Shown piece after piece: positions 30,359 to 48,119 of a stretch of 64,000 bases of DNA; within the stretch, counting starts at the first letter, position 1; the number at the start of each line of letters is the position of its first letter. This DNA is from the human T2T-CHM13v2.0 reference genome, Homo sapiens. The notes under the pieces were generated by a model. The model worked only from the letters and a program-made list of their open reading frames with translations, did not search any database and was not told the DNA's origin. The stretch lies in the NCBI RefSeq assembly GCF_009914755.1, contig NC_060927.1; one strand, given 5' to 3'. Both the position numbers and the translations under genes were made by a program.

Positions 30359-33300
30359 ACATGTCCATTGTTTGCTCTAAAAAAGAATGGTTGGAGATTT
30401 TCTGTAGCAGCTTAAAAATGTGTGTTATTGTTCAACTGATACAAATGCATACTTTGCACAATTAATATAATTGATAATTATTTATCTTACATGTTGCTTT
30501 ACTTAATGTCAGTCTCTTTCACTAGACTCTAAGCTCCAAGAAGGTAGGGCTTATGTCTGTTTTATTAATAATTTTATAATCCTCTTTCTATTACAAATAG
30601 TTACTTGTTGAATAAATGAGTACAAGAAGGCCTCTGCATCAAATTGACTCCCACCTTCTTCACCAAAATCCATGAACCCTCCCAGAAAATTGGTGGTTAT
30701 TAAAAAGAACCAAAACAGTGAAGTTTGTAGTATAAGAAAGTATTTAACCCTTCAAAGTCTACAGCTAACAAAAATTTCCAAGCCTATAGTTCACTCAGAA
30801 GAAAACTTGCTTTAGTCAGGTCAAAAGGATCTTTTGACTTTGTGTGTTCCCTCATGTGTGAAACTTAGTTCCTCTGTATGTTTCTACTGCACTTATTTCT
30901 TCCAATTTCAGATCCTTGTTTAATGCAATGTGCCCATTTGCCTATGTATCCACCCCTAAGAGTGAAAATATCTGTGTATACATGTGGAAGCTGCAATGTT
31001 GTATGAGTATGAATTCTTCTTCAAAGCAGAAAATAAGTCAACATTTTTATGTACATTCATGTTCTTAAAACAAACACCTGTCCTTAGAATAAGTAATATA
31101 TGTAGAGTTATCTTTTGTAATAATCTTGTCATAGTTTTCCAGGAAATACATCAAGTATCCACTGCCTGGATGAAGAAAACCACAGGAGAATTCTACCTAG
31201 TATGTTTGCTTCCTTCACTTCTAATCACAAGATGCTCTGGTTTTGCTTAGAAATCATTCTTGGATGCCATTCAGGCATTGGCAAAGAGAAGAGAGGAAGA
31301 GAGAGTGAAAGAAGAGCTGGCTTGCTACCTGCAATTGGCCAAGAGTCAGACCAAGCCCATCTAATCAGAAGAGCCCATTACTTGTTCATCAACTACTTCA
31401 GCGCTATGGGACATGGAAAGGTGAAGCAGCAGGACTCTATGGAGCCACAGGGGCCAGTGTTTCAGCCACTATTTCACTGGCCTAGATATTTCCCTGTTCC
31501 TCTTCAATGACTATGAAACTGAGTGTACTTTCCAGTTCCTAGCATCCACTTGTTCCCTTTTCTGAGAGCCCAGGTAAGATGGTAGCATCACCGCACATAC
31601 ACAGTCACAGCTGGCAGCTTGGTTTCTGGACCCATAATCATGCCAGTCAGCACTTCCTACACAAAACCTTTTCAACAACCCTAGAACCAAAGGCCCCACT
31701 TGATGCCACCAGATTTCTCTTTCAATTCAAGTCTTACAATTAGGCAGCTTTGTGTTTTTTTTCACATTTATGCATTATGATAGTTATTTAGGCTGTGCAC
31801 AATAGTCTCCAAGAATATGCTTCCCAATCCAGGCCTTCCTCCTACTCAGCAATGTTGCTAAAAAAAATGCAAAGACATTCAGTGAAGGTCATAAGTAATG
31901 CTGGTAGTTAAGGCAACAGGCAACAGTTTCTTTTCCTCCAGCTCACCACTGCAAGAAAACATGATGTAGAAACTTCCATGGAGCCTCACACCCTGCTCTG
32001 CCTTTGCAGCCTGGCACTGTCATCCTGATACACTAAAAAACTCAGCATTTTACTCACATAACTGTGCATTATTAGGAATTGTGTGATTGAACCCACATGT
32101 AATGAGACGCATACCCCACTCACCTTAATACGGTTTTTTAAAAAGTCTGAGTAAAAGGAAGTGGCCATTTCTGTTGCAACTGTGAAAATAGAAATTTTAT
32201 TATAACATCTGACATCTATACAATAAATGGGTAAGAACATTTTAGAAATAACTAAAAGCTGTGATCGTCTTTTTTCCCCATACAAAGCTGTTCTCAAAAG
32301 CACCAAATACCCAGTAGCTAAAGTAAAAATAAAACTCAAAATTGAGCATAAAATGATAAATCACTAACCTTTGATGGAGGAACGGCACTTAAAGATTTAA
32401 CACAGGAAGCATCATGGCATTCACACTTCTATGGGGGTAGATCAGAGGGGACAATGGTAGGATTTGTACATGTTTTGCGCTCTAATTAAGAAATGAAGGG
32501 TTTTTTTGTTGTTTTGCTTTTGTTTTTTGCAGCAAGGTAGAAGTATAGAAAGTCAAGACAAAGATTGCTAGCAATCTTTAGGGAAAAGCTAACAAAAATT
32601 AGGCATTCTTAGGAATATTAAGTAACGCAATCAATATTTTGCAAAATATTGGAGGGTGCAAGTGTCCATAAAAATCAATAGAAAACATTTCTACTAAAAG
32701 TGAGCTTTGAGCATATGAAGACACAATGGTAAAGAATTTTCTTTATGTCATTAAAAAGAACCCCCGTATGTAGAATCAATCCATCCCAATACACAAAGAC
32801 AGGGGTCAAGAACAAGGTGGGGCATACAGAAGAGTATCAGGGATGTCCACGTAAGTTCAGAAAAGATTATTTTCTTCCACATCCAAATTAAAAGTCCTCC
32901 TGCTTACCTTGGTAAACCACTGCCTAATTTTCATGGAGTATTGTTCTATTTGTAACACAGTATTGAATTTGCAATCTAAATAAGATTGGCTCAGAACCCG
33001 TCCTATCATGTGTGGAAAGTTCCACTGATGTTTTCCAAGATTCCTGTGAATCCACGGACCTTATATTCTCATGTTTGGACCATTCTCACTCTTATTTCCT
33101 GCTTTCTCGGTCTCATGCTTATTTTACTTCCTTTGACTTTTTTTTTCTCTATCCCACATAGACTTAAACATGGAACCTAGATCCTTTTTCATGATACCCC
33201 AGACATCATTTTCACAATATAGTAAGGCACTATATCCGTGGGTAGCAGTTGAGGTGGGAGAATATGTCACTTTACTGCTTGTTACAGCACATAACTTAAG

Positions 33301-35031
33301 TCTTCCTAAAATGCTTCTTAGTAATAAGTACCATATTTAATTTCTCATTGGCTGATTTTTATTCTAAAGTCATTTGACCCTATTATTAAGGCTGAACTCC
33401 TAAGCTCACTTCTCATATTCCCCTTCTGGATTGCCATTTCATGCCTAGGAAAAAAGTAAAATAGAAAAGCAGAAATGATTACACAATGTTGCTTGTATCC
33501 ATATGGGTAGCCATGTGGTGCTAGCACAGTCCCCTGGTTTTCATTGTCAGCTACACCTGCTGAAGACGGGGAGATTTGATAGACATGGAGATGGAAATCT
33601 TCTCTGTCAGGTGCCCACCAACACTGGCGAAACAAGTGGTCTTTCTGCATCCTTGATCTGTTCTGTCTTGAAAATTTGGCACTGAGACTTCGGAGTAACT
33701 ATGACCTTTTAAAGTAACTCTTGCTTTTTCTTCTGGAGTAGATTAAAAAAAAAATTCAATTCTGGCTATGCTGGTATGCAATATTATGGACTCAAAAGCT
33801 ACATAAATTACCTTTAAAAATCATTCTAACACCATTGGTCTTCACAAAAGTTTAGTGGGTAGGTCGAGGTAATGTCAAGTGCTTCTAAAGAATATGGAAA
33901 GTAGTTTATCCACTGAGAGTGAAATAAGCAAGAAGAAACACAGACAGGAAGATACTAGTCATCTGCTGAAGTGCCAGAGAGATTTTGTAAAACATGAAGC
34001 TAAGCAGATTTGGAAATACCCAGGTTTAAGTAAAATGGCTTGAGCAAAAGCCTACAGAAGCAAGAAGACTAGAAAATGCAACTTGAATCCCAATCATTTT
34101 ATTTTACTCAGTTTGAAGAAAGAGGAAAATCACCACATGGGTTTATACAGGGAGCCAAGGGGTAAGGAAATGATGTCAGTGTAGCTTCAGCATAACCCAG
34201 ACTAGAGGGTTCTTTGATGGGCAAACTTGGATCTCCAGTTGGCACATTTATGTCTATTGATGGAATGGATTGTAGATTATCCTGTTATGTCTTGATCTAC
34301 TCCATGATAAAGAAAATCTACTTAATTACATCCCTCTTGCTCCATGGTCATCTGGCAACTTCTTGATCAAAATAACGGAATCCCCATGTAAATTTTCTAC
34401 CAGTGGTGAGAATGCAATGGTAAGCTGACATAAATTTTTGGTTGGCCTGGGACTTCCACTAAGTTTTCTATGCCTTAGTCTCCGTGTTTTTCTTTTTATC
34501 ATATTCAGTGGCTAATTATTGGAAGTTTCCACATCTTTAGAGTTAATAACAGTATGCATGAGAATTAATTAATTAATATGTGTAAAGTACTTAGAGCAGT
34601 ACTAGAAATACACTTCAATTCTAATTACATGTTAAAATTTTCTCAGTGTTATTGTAGATTATCGTGCTAGCAAGAAGTTGAGTTAGATATGAGCTAGTTC
34701 TCCAGCTTGATCATCTTTGAGTACAGTGAAAAAGCCAAGGACATAGGAAGTTGCGGACCTGAGGTAATAATCTTTGCAAATTACTTCTACTTTGTGAAAC
34801 CTGAGCCAAGCAGTCTCCATTCTCCTTCTTATACCTGCTTGTCATCTACATCTTTCCAAAAGAGTTTGGAGTTTGGAATTTGGAGGATGCCATTTTATTT
34901 TATTTAAAACAGGTAGGGAGTTTCATTCTTTCTACAGACAGACTTGATATACAAAGCATGCATGACACTTATAATTTTGCATTTCAAATGAGATAAAAAT
35001 GAATTGAAGGGGAGGGTCAAGACCTACAGAG

Positions 35032-35250
35032 CAGGAATCAGCAAAGTGTTTCTGTAAAGAGCCAGTACTAAATATTTTCAGCTTTTTGAGCCGTACAATT
35101 TTCATCACAACTACTCAACACCAAGGTGTAGCATGACAGCAACCACAGCTAACATGTAAACTAATGAGCTTGCACGTTTCAATAAAACTTGATTACATAA
35201 GCAGGTTGCAATATGTATTTGACTCATTGGCTATAGTGTGTTGGCCTCTG
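35032..35250. mobile_element. MER58A-like hAT-Charlie element
   Basis: caggaatcagcaaagtgtttctgtaaagagccag...cacaactactcaac...aataaaactt...tgttggcctctg, with degenerate terminal inverted repeats. Confidence 0.85.
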
Positions 35251-35439
35251 CTATTGATTAAAGTATACTGATTCCTTCTAAACCCATGATATAATTTAAA
35301 TTTATAATAATAAAAAAGATAAAGTACAATCAGGAGATATTGTTAACCAATCACAACAGAAATTGAGATTATTGAGAATTTGGCTCAGACAGAAAATACC
35401 CTGTAATACCTATATCCATATCTGCCTATCTATTTATGA

Positions 35440-35765
35440 ATTAGGGAAACGTGAATACTGACTGAATATTTGATATTAAAGAATTTTTGATAATTTTTGG
35501 AGTGATAATGGTATTTTGGTTATGTTTTAAAACATGCCGTCTTTCAGAGAAATGTTCTGAAATATTTTCAGATGAAATGATTCAATGCCTGATATTTATT
35601 TCAAAAGTATTGAAGGAGAAATGGAGTGGGAATATAGATAAAACAAAATGACTCATGAATTGATCATTGCTGAGATCAGGTGATGAATAAATGGTATTCA
35701 TTATACCATTCTATCTACTTTTGTATATGTTTAAAATTTTCTATAATTTTTTTGAAATATAAAAA
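35440..35765 (+). mobile_element. Old L1M (L1MC4/L1ME3-like) 3' UTR fragment
   Basis: gtgataatggtattttggttatg, tgaattgatcattgctgagatcaggtgatg, ttcattataccattctatctacttttgtatatgtttaaaatt. Confidence 0.75.
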
Positions 35766-36714
35766 TACACAATGAAGAATCTCTCTCTTGCTTGCTCACA
35801 CACTCTTTTTTTCTCTCATTCACACACACACAGACATAGAAACTCAAATGCAGGCTGATAGCTCAAAGAATGGAGGCAAAGCAAAGTTCAGGACTGAGCT
35901 AAAAAGATGGAGTATATAACATAGGATGTTTTGTGTTGACTTCACAATTATTGTCTTAAATAACATAAAATTATAGTTTAATGAGAGGTACAATGGAATA
36001 TAATTCTGCTAACAGATGAAGATTCTAATTATAGACCTATTAGATGGAGTGCTACTTTCTAATTTAGGGCAAAAGAAATAAATACAAGATAGGAGTAATA
36101 GACGCAATTTCTTTTGACAGACCTTCAGTGTTGAGATCTAGCCCATGAAAAGACAACCAGCAACACAAGTTGAGTGTGGGTTGTGGGATCTGCATGTAAT
36201 TACAGTTTACAAAACAAAACTCCAAGCCTTTCCTCGCGGTTTTCCTTTGCCTGCCAAATGTCCCCTCATCAATTTAACCCACGTTCTGATGTCAACTCTA
36301 GGCAGAATTTATACTCTCACTGTGCTTTGACCGCTTTTATCAGAAATACCTGGTTGGATTGTAATTTACCCATTTATTATTCTATTATTCCACCCCAATT
36401 ATGCTCGAAACCCTTTAAAACAAACAGCATCTTCTTCTTGGTGTCCTGAGAAGCCTATGCAGGGCCTGGTTCAGTATCCATCATCAGAAAATGTCTTAAA
36501 TGACTACATGTTCATTTACAGAAGATAAGCAGCAACAGGCACTGTTGATCCTGTACATATTCATGGGGTTACAACCCATCTTCAGCAGGTTGCATCAGAC
36601 TTTTCTTTTCTCCTGTCAACTTACACATACTTAGGCCCCATTTAAAATTACCTCTAACATTAATTACTTCCCAAAGATCTGTTACCTCTCCCTCTGCAAT
36701 AATCTATTGGCATT

Positions 36715-36763
36715 TGTGTGCACGTGTGAGTGTGTGTATGTGTGTTTGTGTGTGTGTGTGTGT
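36715..36763. repeat. Imperfect (TG)n microsatellite
   Basis: Visible in sequence. Confidence 0.85.
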
Positions 36764-38034
36764 TGATTCTAATATAACAATTTTAGAACACTGCCAGGTA
36801 AAGATAAGACTTTTGCCCTTACCGAATTCTGATCTTTGGAGGGTAAGGGCTGTGCCTGGCATCATATCTTATGTAGTATTAATTCTCAATAACTTTGTTC
36901 ATGTGAATAAATGAATGAATTTGTATTGCTATATCTATACACCTCAAACTTCAAATTGATTTCAAGAGTTTCTCAGTAAATCTTTTAAGCAATTTGTCAA
37001 GTCTATTTTCTCCTGCCTGACCTGAAAAAAAGTCCCTTAAGAAGCTTCCCTCTGCTTTTAGATATTTTTACTCTACTTGCCTGTTGGCAGTTAATTTCTT
37101 CCTTTCTTGCTATCTCAATAATAATAAAATAATTCTTATGTCTCTTTTCAAATTTCCCATGCTTCCCAATTCTCCTGCTTTTCAAATAACTAAATTCCTT
37201 TCAAAATTGCTTCTTGCTCTGCTTTTATGAGCATACCTCTGCACTGGCCACCCCTGCCTTAGATAAAGGTAGTCTATTGTGACTCAGTAAATATGTTTAT
37301 GTTCCTAAAATCAAACATGCTTTATTAATATACCTGCCAAAAGCAGACCTGTAAGAGCAAATTCATTTGGAAAAATAATGTTTTCATTTTCCTAGTGTTA
37401 ATGAATGCCTTTATTTTTTAAACTTTTCTTTCTAGCGCCTCCACCCTCTCAGTTTACCTCTCGTTTCAGACTTAGTAAAATAGTTTGTTACTTTCCAGTT
37501 TAGGATTTATGCCTCTTGAAGGCTGGGGAAGAAAATTCCTAATACCTGGAGTCCAACTCTGTAGTTTTTACCAAGCATAAGGTCAATGCTATTTTCTAAA
37601 AAAAAAAAACAAAACAAAACAACAAAAAAAACACACACACACAACCAAGAAGAAAAAGAAGGAAAAGAAGAACAAGACAAACACAACAAGCAATTGATAG
37701 AAGCAAATTTAGAAAGTTACACTGCCAATAAATTACCTGATAGCCTGGACAGTGAATTACCAATGAGTTGCGCTGCCAGTGCTTTATTCCCTGATCTGCA
37801 CTGTCATAGCACACGACAGTGCAAGTCAGGTTCAAATCACTATGTAATAAAATTTGAGAGCTTCTAGATACTCTTACTTGCACAAATGAGAGATGTGCAA
37901 AAGCTTTGGCGGGAAGAATATGACTTCTGAGATTAAATGTGCCTGAGATTCAATGTACTATTAAAATTAGTAGTATAACTTCAACCAATGCTCACTTTAG
38001 ACTTTAAAGAGTGACTTCTGTAGCATGGTGTTTA

Positions 38035-38150
38035 GAAGTGAAATGGGGTAATGACAGGTATCTCATGGGGTTATTGTGAAAATCAACTGAGTTAATATAA
38101 GTAATACACTTAGAATAGGTCTTGCCTCATAATACATGTTCAGTAAATGT
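38035..38150 (+). mobile_element. MIR 3' fragment
   Basis: aaatggggtaatgac...tctcatggggttattgtgaaaatcaactgagttaata...cacttagaatagg. Confidence 0.7.
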
Positions 38151-41119
38151 TTCTGTATAATATAAACATCTGCAGATACACATATTTGGAACATGTGCAG
38201 AGGAGATCAAGGTAGCTTATTGCCTAAGTTGGCTTCCATATGAGCTGCTGAGAGGGGCCTGCGGCAATCGGTAATAATTGTTACCTGCAGGTCTTGTGAT
38301 CAAATTATTCCTTCCAAGGCAAGGCTCTGTGTAGTTTACTGTAATTCAGTTGCATGACATTCTCTCCCTAGCCAACTATCGTTCTCAAATTATTCTCATA
38401 TTGGTTCAGAATAATCCGATTTGACCCTTATTTACTGTTGCCAGGAAGATTAAACTAAAGTCTTTGGCAGCCAAAAATGCAAGAGCTCAGACCAGTAGTC
38501 CTGGACAAATCCTTGTCATTCACAGCCTTAGGGAAGATCTGTACCCTGCCCAAGGAACACCTTGGTAGGCACTTGGCCCATTTCCTTGAATGCTCCGTGA
38601 CTATGCTGTTAAAGGTCTTGCTCAGAAGGACAGAAGCCGAATGTGCCACCAAAGCTTCTCTCCAAACAAATCCTTGGCAAGATTAGTTTATTGTTGACTT
38701 AACCCCCTGAAGTGTGTGCATGTTAGAGTTCTGAAAATTGTAGCTATTAAAATTTGACTTTTTAATCATTAAAACCTGGATGTAATATTCCTAAATGTCT
38801 TCAAAGCAAGCATAAAGCCATGGTAGTTAAAGAAAAATGTGGGGTTAGAGGAGTTTTTTGTAAAATCTGGGGAAAATAAAATGCTAGCAACTTTGCAGTT
38901 TGATACTTTAGGGCAAGCATTTGAAAAACATGCACACCTGTGAACTCTGAAGCATTCCACACCATACATAATGTTTGATTAATCACCAAAATGATTACAC
39001 TAAGTGGCATCCACAGTAATTTAAACAGATATATAAATCGTTTGTAATTACAGGATATTGGGCTCTACAATTCATTGCTTAGCAAAGAGGTATTTGTTGT
39101 ATAATTACTGCATCTTTGTGAGATATTTGCTGTGCATTTATGGTGTAGTTTACACTGAGCTTGCAGGCCACTATCTTTGGTTCCCTCTTGTCTAAACTCA
39201 AGCAGTCTTCAATAAAGGGTAAAGCCACAATTACCTTGGCAAATAAATACTCTATAGTACTTGGGAAGATCATGAATGTGGAGACATTTACAATAACAAT
39301 ATTCAAAAGCAAATATAGTTAACACTGGATTTTTCCACACCATTGAAAGGTAGCATTGGTGTGGCTAATAATACAGCTTAAGAACTACGTGCAGTATAAC
39401 TCAAGTCATGGCCCACAATGGACTCATTTTGTGGATTCCAGGAGCATACTTCTAACGAAGCCTGGTAGCAAGATACTATGCCCAATGTTCACTGGAAAAA
39501 TACAGATATACCCCCCACATAGATAATAATGCAGAGTTCAGCTTCAGTGAAAAGCTAAAAGGGAAGAATGAAAAAGTTCTTTTTAAAGTCTTTTTCCTAT
39601 AGTCCATAAATACAACGAATAGATTTAGTCATGCCTGCGAAGCTGGCTGCTATGTAATTTTGTCCAATTGTCCACTTCCACTAAGTAGAGAGCAAAAAAT
39701 AAGTTCTATGTGAAAGAGAGAAAGAGAGAGGGGAGGAGGGAGAGATACAACAAAAGAGAATTTAGATCAAACATAAGGACAGCTTCAAATAAGTGTTTGA
39801 GGGTTTTGTTTTGTCTTGAAATCCTGAACAACAATAACTGAGATGCACACACAAATAATCCATCACAGAAAAAAAATACAGTTAAGTAAAAGATTTACAT
39901 CTGACTGGACAATTCGAGATTTCTGGACTTCCATAATAATGGCAGTCCTATAGATGAAGACCATAAATGTGTGGAAAAGTGCTGAGCTTTAGCTAGCACA
40001 GTTGGCATGAACCAATTTGGGACTATCTGGCACTGTCTCTGGAGGTAGTAAAAACAATGAGCAGCTAACATCTTCAATATATGAGAATGAATGAGACATT
40101 CAAAAACATGCACATACTCAAAGCTTGTGCATTGATCACAAGTACCTTGAGGAAATTAGGACACTCAATTAAAAAAAATAAATATCTAGATGTTAGTAAG
40201 AGAAGAATGCAGTTAAAAGGAGTGAATAACATATACTGAATGCTTTAAGACAAGAAATACAAAGATATCTGGACAAACTTCTCTTACATTGAGAAATTCA
40301 GTTTGTCTGTTTATGTCAGGATATATTTGGACATATTAAAATAATGTCATACTAAGCATTCAGAGTCCTATTGTTTTAGTTAGGTACATGTAAAAAAACG
40401 ATAAATAGAAAAATGTTACTGCTTTCTTCAAGCTCTATGAAATTATTCACAAATAACCAAAATTTGGTGTTTTTTTGTTACCAGAAAGAAAATATTAAAC
40501 TGTGTCTGCAGAAATTTTAGTAAATTTAAAAATGTATAATGAATGAAGTTCATGATAAATAAGCACAGAAAAACCATTAAAGTGTTGGAAATAATACGCT
40601 TTACAAGTTTCTAGGCATCTCTTTTATGATCTCTTCATCTCAGCTCTTATAATATCCAAAGTCCAGCTTGAGCATGATGAAGGGTTATTGTAGAGTTGTT
40701 TTAAGACTGAGAGTATGAATTTAAAGACATTATCTACAGTTACTTAAGGACATATACAGACAGAGCGATACATATTTAGATATACAGATAGCAACTGCAT
40801 GCTTGAATGATTTCTTAAAACACCTCAACTTCGAATATACTTTCTCATTGTTTAAAGTAAACATCTATATTTCTCATAATTTCCATTATTTCAGCTGTTA
40901 ATCTATATTTTATACTTAAAGTATTAAAATGTTTTCAGTTGACATTTTAAATTTACAATATCAACTATATTTTATAACTACATTAAAAATTTTTGAACCC
41001 ATTTTTAAATTCAAAAAAGATTTGAAAACTTACATTATCATTATTTTTCTCCTCATTCCTATTTTCAACTTCACCTTACCCATGACTATAGCAGTTAATG
41101 TTTCTCGCTTTCCCTTTGC

Positions 41120-41410
41120 ATAAATACCACACTCTCAGGAGGCCCTCCTTGACCACTCTCTTAATAATTGCAAACCTTTTCTTGATTATTACCCCTGTAC
41201 TCTGTGTGCCTGTTTCCATGCCTACTTATCACCAGCTGATTATTTTATACACTTTACCCGTTTGTTTGTTATCTACCTCCCCCTTGCAAAAATGCAAGTT
41301 CCAGAAGTGGTTAGAAGTGTTTTGTATTTTATTCACCTCTAAATCCTCAGCATTTAGGAGATTCCATGGTATATAATTAGTTTCCAGTAAGTATTTGTAG
41401 AATAAATGGG
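41120..41410 (+). mobile_element. L2 3' fragment
   Basis: ctcaggaggccctccttgaccac...tattcacctctaaatcctcagcatttag...gtatttgtagaataaatg. Confidence 0.7.
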
Positions 41411-41746
41411 TTCATTCTCATAATTTCAATTGCCATTTTTGCATTATTTCCAAATTTTTTTCACTAGCCTAAAGATCTCTTTCCCAGGTTTAAAATCCAT
41501 ATATTCAATTGCCTGCTTGAATTACCCCCAAACATCTCAAACTCAGTGTACTCAAGACTGAATTCATTATCTTGCCTTCTAACATCTTCACATCACCTAC
41601 TTTACCTCCTATAATCTCATATAATCTCCTCTGTGGTGAATATCAAGCATCCATCCAGACACCAAGTGAAACATTTTGAAGTTATGCCACAAATTCTTGT
41701 TATAAGACTTTTACCTACTCTTGCATTAGTCCTCTCCCTTCTCTAA

Positions 41747-44383
<2,637 letters not shown>

Positions 44384-46149
44384 TCCTGTCTATATTCCAT
44401 ACCACCAAAAATCCAAATCTGGTCATGTCCCTTTCTCTCTTAGAACCTTTTAGTAAAGGTCATGACTACAAACATTTAATAGGTGTGATAAAGAGACCTT
44501 GCTATGATTCAGCCTCTATACATCTCTACAGCCTAATTTTTCTGTTATTTTGAGCTCAATCTCAATGTAAACTTCTTTTCCAAATCACAAGTTTCATTAT
44601 GTATTAATGCTCCTACGTATGTTCATCTTTAACAAAGAAAACCATTCTTCAAGTTGCACACTCCAACTCATCTTTTAAGACCAAGCCCAAGATCTGCCTC
44701 TTCTAATAGTTATATTGTTCTTTTCTCAGATGGACTTCACAATGCTCATTTCTACTGTTTCCTATATGTACTGAGTCACAGCACTATACATTCATTGTAT
44801 TCATTTTTACATATTTCTACCCTGTGTTGGACCTTGAGCTCTTAGACAACAGGGAATATATATAATTTGTCTTGCAACTTGAAAGCCCCTCAATAGTGGG
44901 GAATGCAAACACTTAAGTGAATGAAGAACTATGAGTTTGAATAGAAATATAAAACAGTGAGACTGTAGAAGGACCATAACTGTTTAAAATATATAAAAAC
45001 GAGAATATAGACTCATTATAAGTTCATGAACAAGGAAGTGACAGGATAAAATTCCTTGTTAAGAACTTTTGAATCTAATATCAACATTAAGATGCTTGAA
45101 AAGGAGAAGAGGCAAGGTCTATGAATTAGGAGGCCGCTGAAGGGGTAAGATAGAAAAAACAAAACATCTATCCCAAGGCAACAGTCTGAATTAGTTGCCC
45201 CCATCGTATTTCTTCATGTCATTGTACTTATAATGCTTGAAGACCTCCTTTTCACTTCTCCAACTCTCCCATCAGACTATAACCTTCCAAGGCAGGACTG
45301 GATATTATTTGTCAGCATGATGCAAATATTTGCCACAGTCTCTGATAAATGGCAGATATACAAAAATTTTGCATGAATGAGTTAAGAAGGAAAACAAAAG
45401 CTCAGGTTAGGGTAATGGCAGTGGGAAGAAAAAAAAGAAAGACAGTGTAAAATTTCAATGGAAGATTTTCTGCCATGGTGGCTCAGTCTTGCTTCTTGGT
45501 GTTCTAGGCATGGGCTTAATGCTTATTTATTAGATGCTTTCTCTTCATTCTGTCAGGCTGTCTTCCCTTTTTTGCTCTTGATTGCTAAATATCTTCCTCA
45601 GTGCTTGGCTGGCTTTTTGGTAAATAAGCATTCAATAAATTCTGACTGAACTATATTCTAGGGCTATGCTTTTGACAGCCACTCTTCCTACTAATCAATC
45701 CAAGACACTTCCTTAAAATCTATACTTATTTCCCACCATATCCATGTTCCTTTAAAATGATTTCCTCTGCTCATTTCTAACCCATGACATTTGCTTTGAT
45801 AGCAGCACCCACCACTGCATCTTCCCAACCCCACATGTTCACAGTGCCCTTTAACTCAAACTGTGAGTAAATACCCGGCACTTCCAGGTCCTTCTCTATT
45901 CGGCCTCTTCTAAAAGTGTCACTTATCTTGAAAATCTGGGCCTTAACTCTATGATCCCTGAATCCCCACCTATATATTTTTACTTGACACTAACATATTC
46001 TCATGACCTGGTCAGAAAGCAAAGCCTCAAGTGTTGAATTGTGTGACCTCTGACCATGTCGGAGTTTGCTGTTGCTGTGTATTTGCTCTAGTACAATGAG
46101 AGCTATCAAATTGCCTTATATATCTATGCATACATATTTATGTCTATAT

Positions 46150-46750
46150 GTAAACATATACAGTTTTAATGTATTTTAATGTATTTTTCTGATAATTAAA
46201 GTTATATATAATTATTAAAACAAATTCAAACTCTACAGATAAATTATAATAAAAAATATTATCTGAAATTCCAGCATTCAGAGATAATAATTGTCAACAT
46301 TTTGGACACTTTTCTTGACAATTTTTTTCATGTTCTATACATATATATACATACATATATACATATACATATATATATAAAATATATAAATTACATACAT
46401 AACCGTATTCCCAAATTAGATCACAATACTTATTCAGGCTTTGGAATTTGTATTTTTTACAACAATTTAACAATGTATTATGAAACATTTCTCATGATAA
46501 ATTATAAATATATACCTAAATCATAATTGTTAAGTGCCGCTTAGCATGGTGTTATATCAGTATTTAATCAATCAGTGCTAATACCTTAATATTTTGTTAG
46601 TTTTTCTCTCTCTCTGCTTTTTAATATTACAGTCTATGCTATGATACTTATTCCTGCATATATATCTTGGTGCTCTTGTCTGATTAGATGGTTTGGACAA
46701 ATTCCATGAGGCAGAACTTCTAATCCAATGATCCATAAGATTTTTAAATT
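46150..46750 (-). mobile_element. Degraded L1ME-like fragment with an internal (TA)n/(TACA)n tract at about 46336-46400
   Basis: tttttctgataattaaagttata, cagagataataattgtcaacattttgg, tttacaacaatttaacaatgtattatgaaacatttctcat. Confidence 0.55.
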
Positions 46751-48119
46751 CTAAATGCCTGGCTATTTTAGTAACTTCCTTTCTCTCCAGGCCCCTTGAT
46801 AGCAAAAGACTAAGGCCAGGCATCTCTGTGGGTTGCTATCTAGTACCAAATAGCTGATCTGAAATAACACCTTTAAAAACTAGAATTTGATTTTTATAGT
46901 GACTAATACTGCTTATTATGGATCTTTTTTTTTGGTGTTTTAACTACATGAACTGAAGAAAGTTTAGAAGGATTGAAAAGTATATACTTAAGTAATTTAA
47001 TAATAAAAGAGCTAGTTGTATTTTTCTTAATCAAATAAATACATTTGGATAGGGCATGGGTTGTGCATATTAATAATAGCAAATTTTATGGAGAGTCCTT
47101 CTAAATACTACTTTCAAACAAAAACTGTTACCTGTGGTGCCAAATGTAGTCAGTCTTGCTTGATGGCTTTTAGGGCCAAGTAGGAAGCTGCAAACTGAGG
47201 GACCTGAGCACTGAGCGCAATCGTCAATTAAAGAGCACAGAATTGGGTCTTGCACATAGTATGTTGCCAAATCATTCGCAGATAGAATTAATTACTGCCA
47301 CGTTTCTGACACATTTATTGAATCATATGCAGAAAATCAAAGTCGAAGATAATGACAATATTTTCAGTACATCAAAATAGGATCTTAAACAATGAATATA
47401 AAGTAAGATACAAATAAGAAGAAAAAAAGAAAAGCACCACTAAAACTTAAATCTCAAGTACACAGATGTCAGGAATTTTACATTTCTGGCGCCTATGGTG
47501 ACTATAATTTGGCCCCATTGTGCATATATAATAATTCAGAACTAAGTACAGATTTGATAATATGAAATGTGGCATATGCTCAAGGGGAGAGGAGTTATGG
47601 TTGCTGTGGGAAACGGAACTCTGAATTTCCTGATTTTTGTGTTGTGAAATCTCAGCCATCAGGTTACATTAGCATCATTTTCTACATTTAATAATAGATT
47701 GCTCCATTGTTGCTTTCAAGAGAGAAAGGCTTTTCCCCCTTCTCCTAATGTATTTAAAGTGATGGAATTTATTTTAAATTGAATTAACCAGGAAACACAG
47801 GTTCTTTATCAGATACAAATGAGAAACAATAAGCCCATATTCTGCCTCCAATTAAACAATTTAATCAAAATAATAGCTAAAGAGTTCTCAATTTTTTTAA
47901 ATGTGAAATATATATTAAGTGGGTTGACAGACATAACACCTATAAATTATCTTATTCAAAAGATGTTATAAGCATGTTACTTTAAAAATCTTTCAGATAA
48001 AACTCTTTCCCCTAATGGTTACCCATAATACCAGATTCTGCAGTGATAAGCATGCATTGTCTGATTCTTTATACAAAGGAGTCCACTATGTTCGTGACTG
48101 CATTTCTAATCGTCACCAA

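Noticed and set aside
30820-30838. Hairpin gtcaaaag-gat-cttttgac
   Set aside because: An 8-bp stem is expected by chance in 64 kb.
37586-37867. 93-aa K/E/Q-rich ORF
   Set aside because: Derived from A-rich low-complexity and (CA)n sequence.
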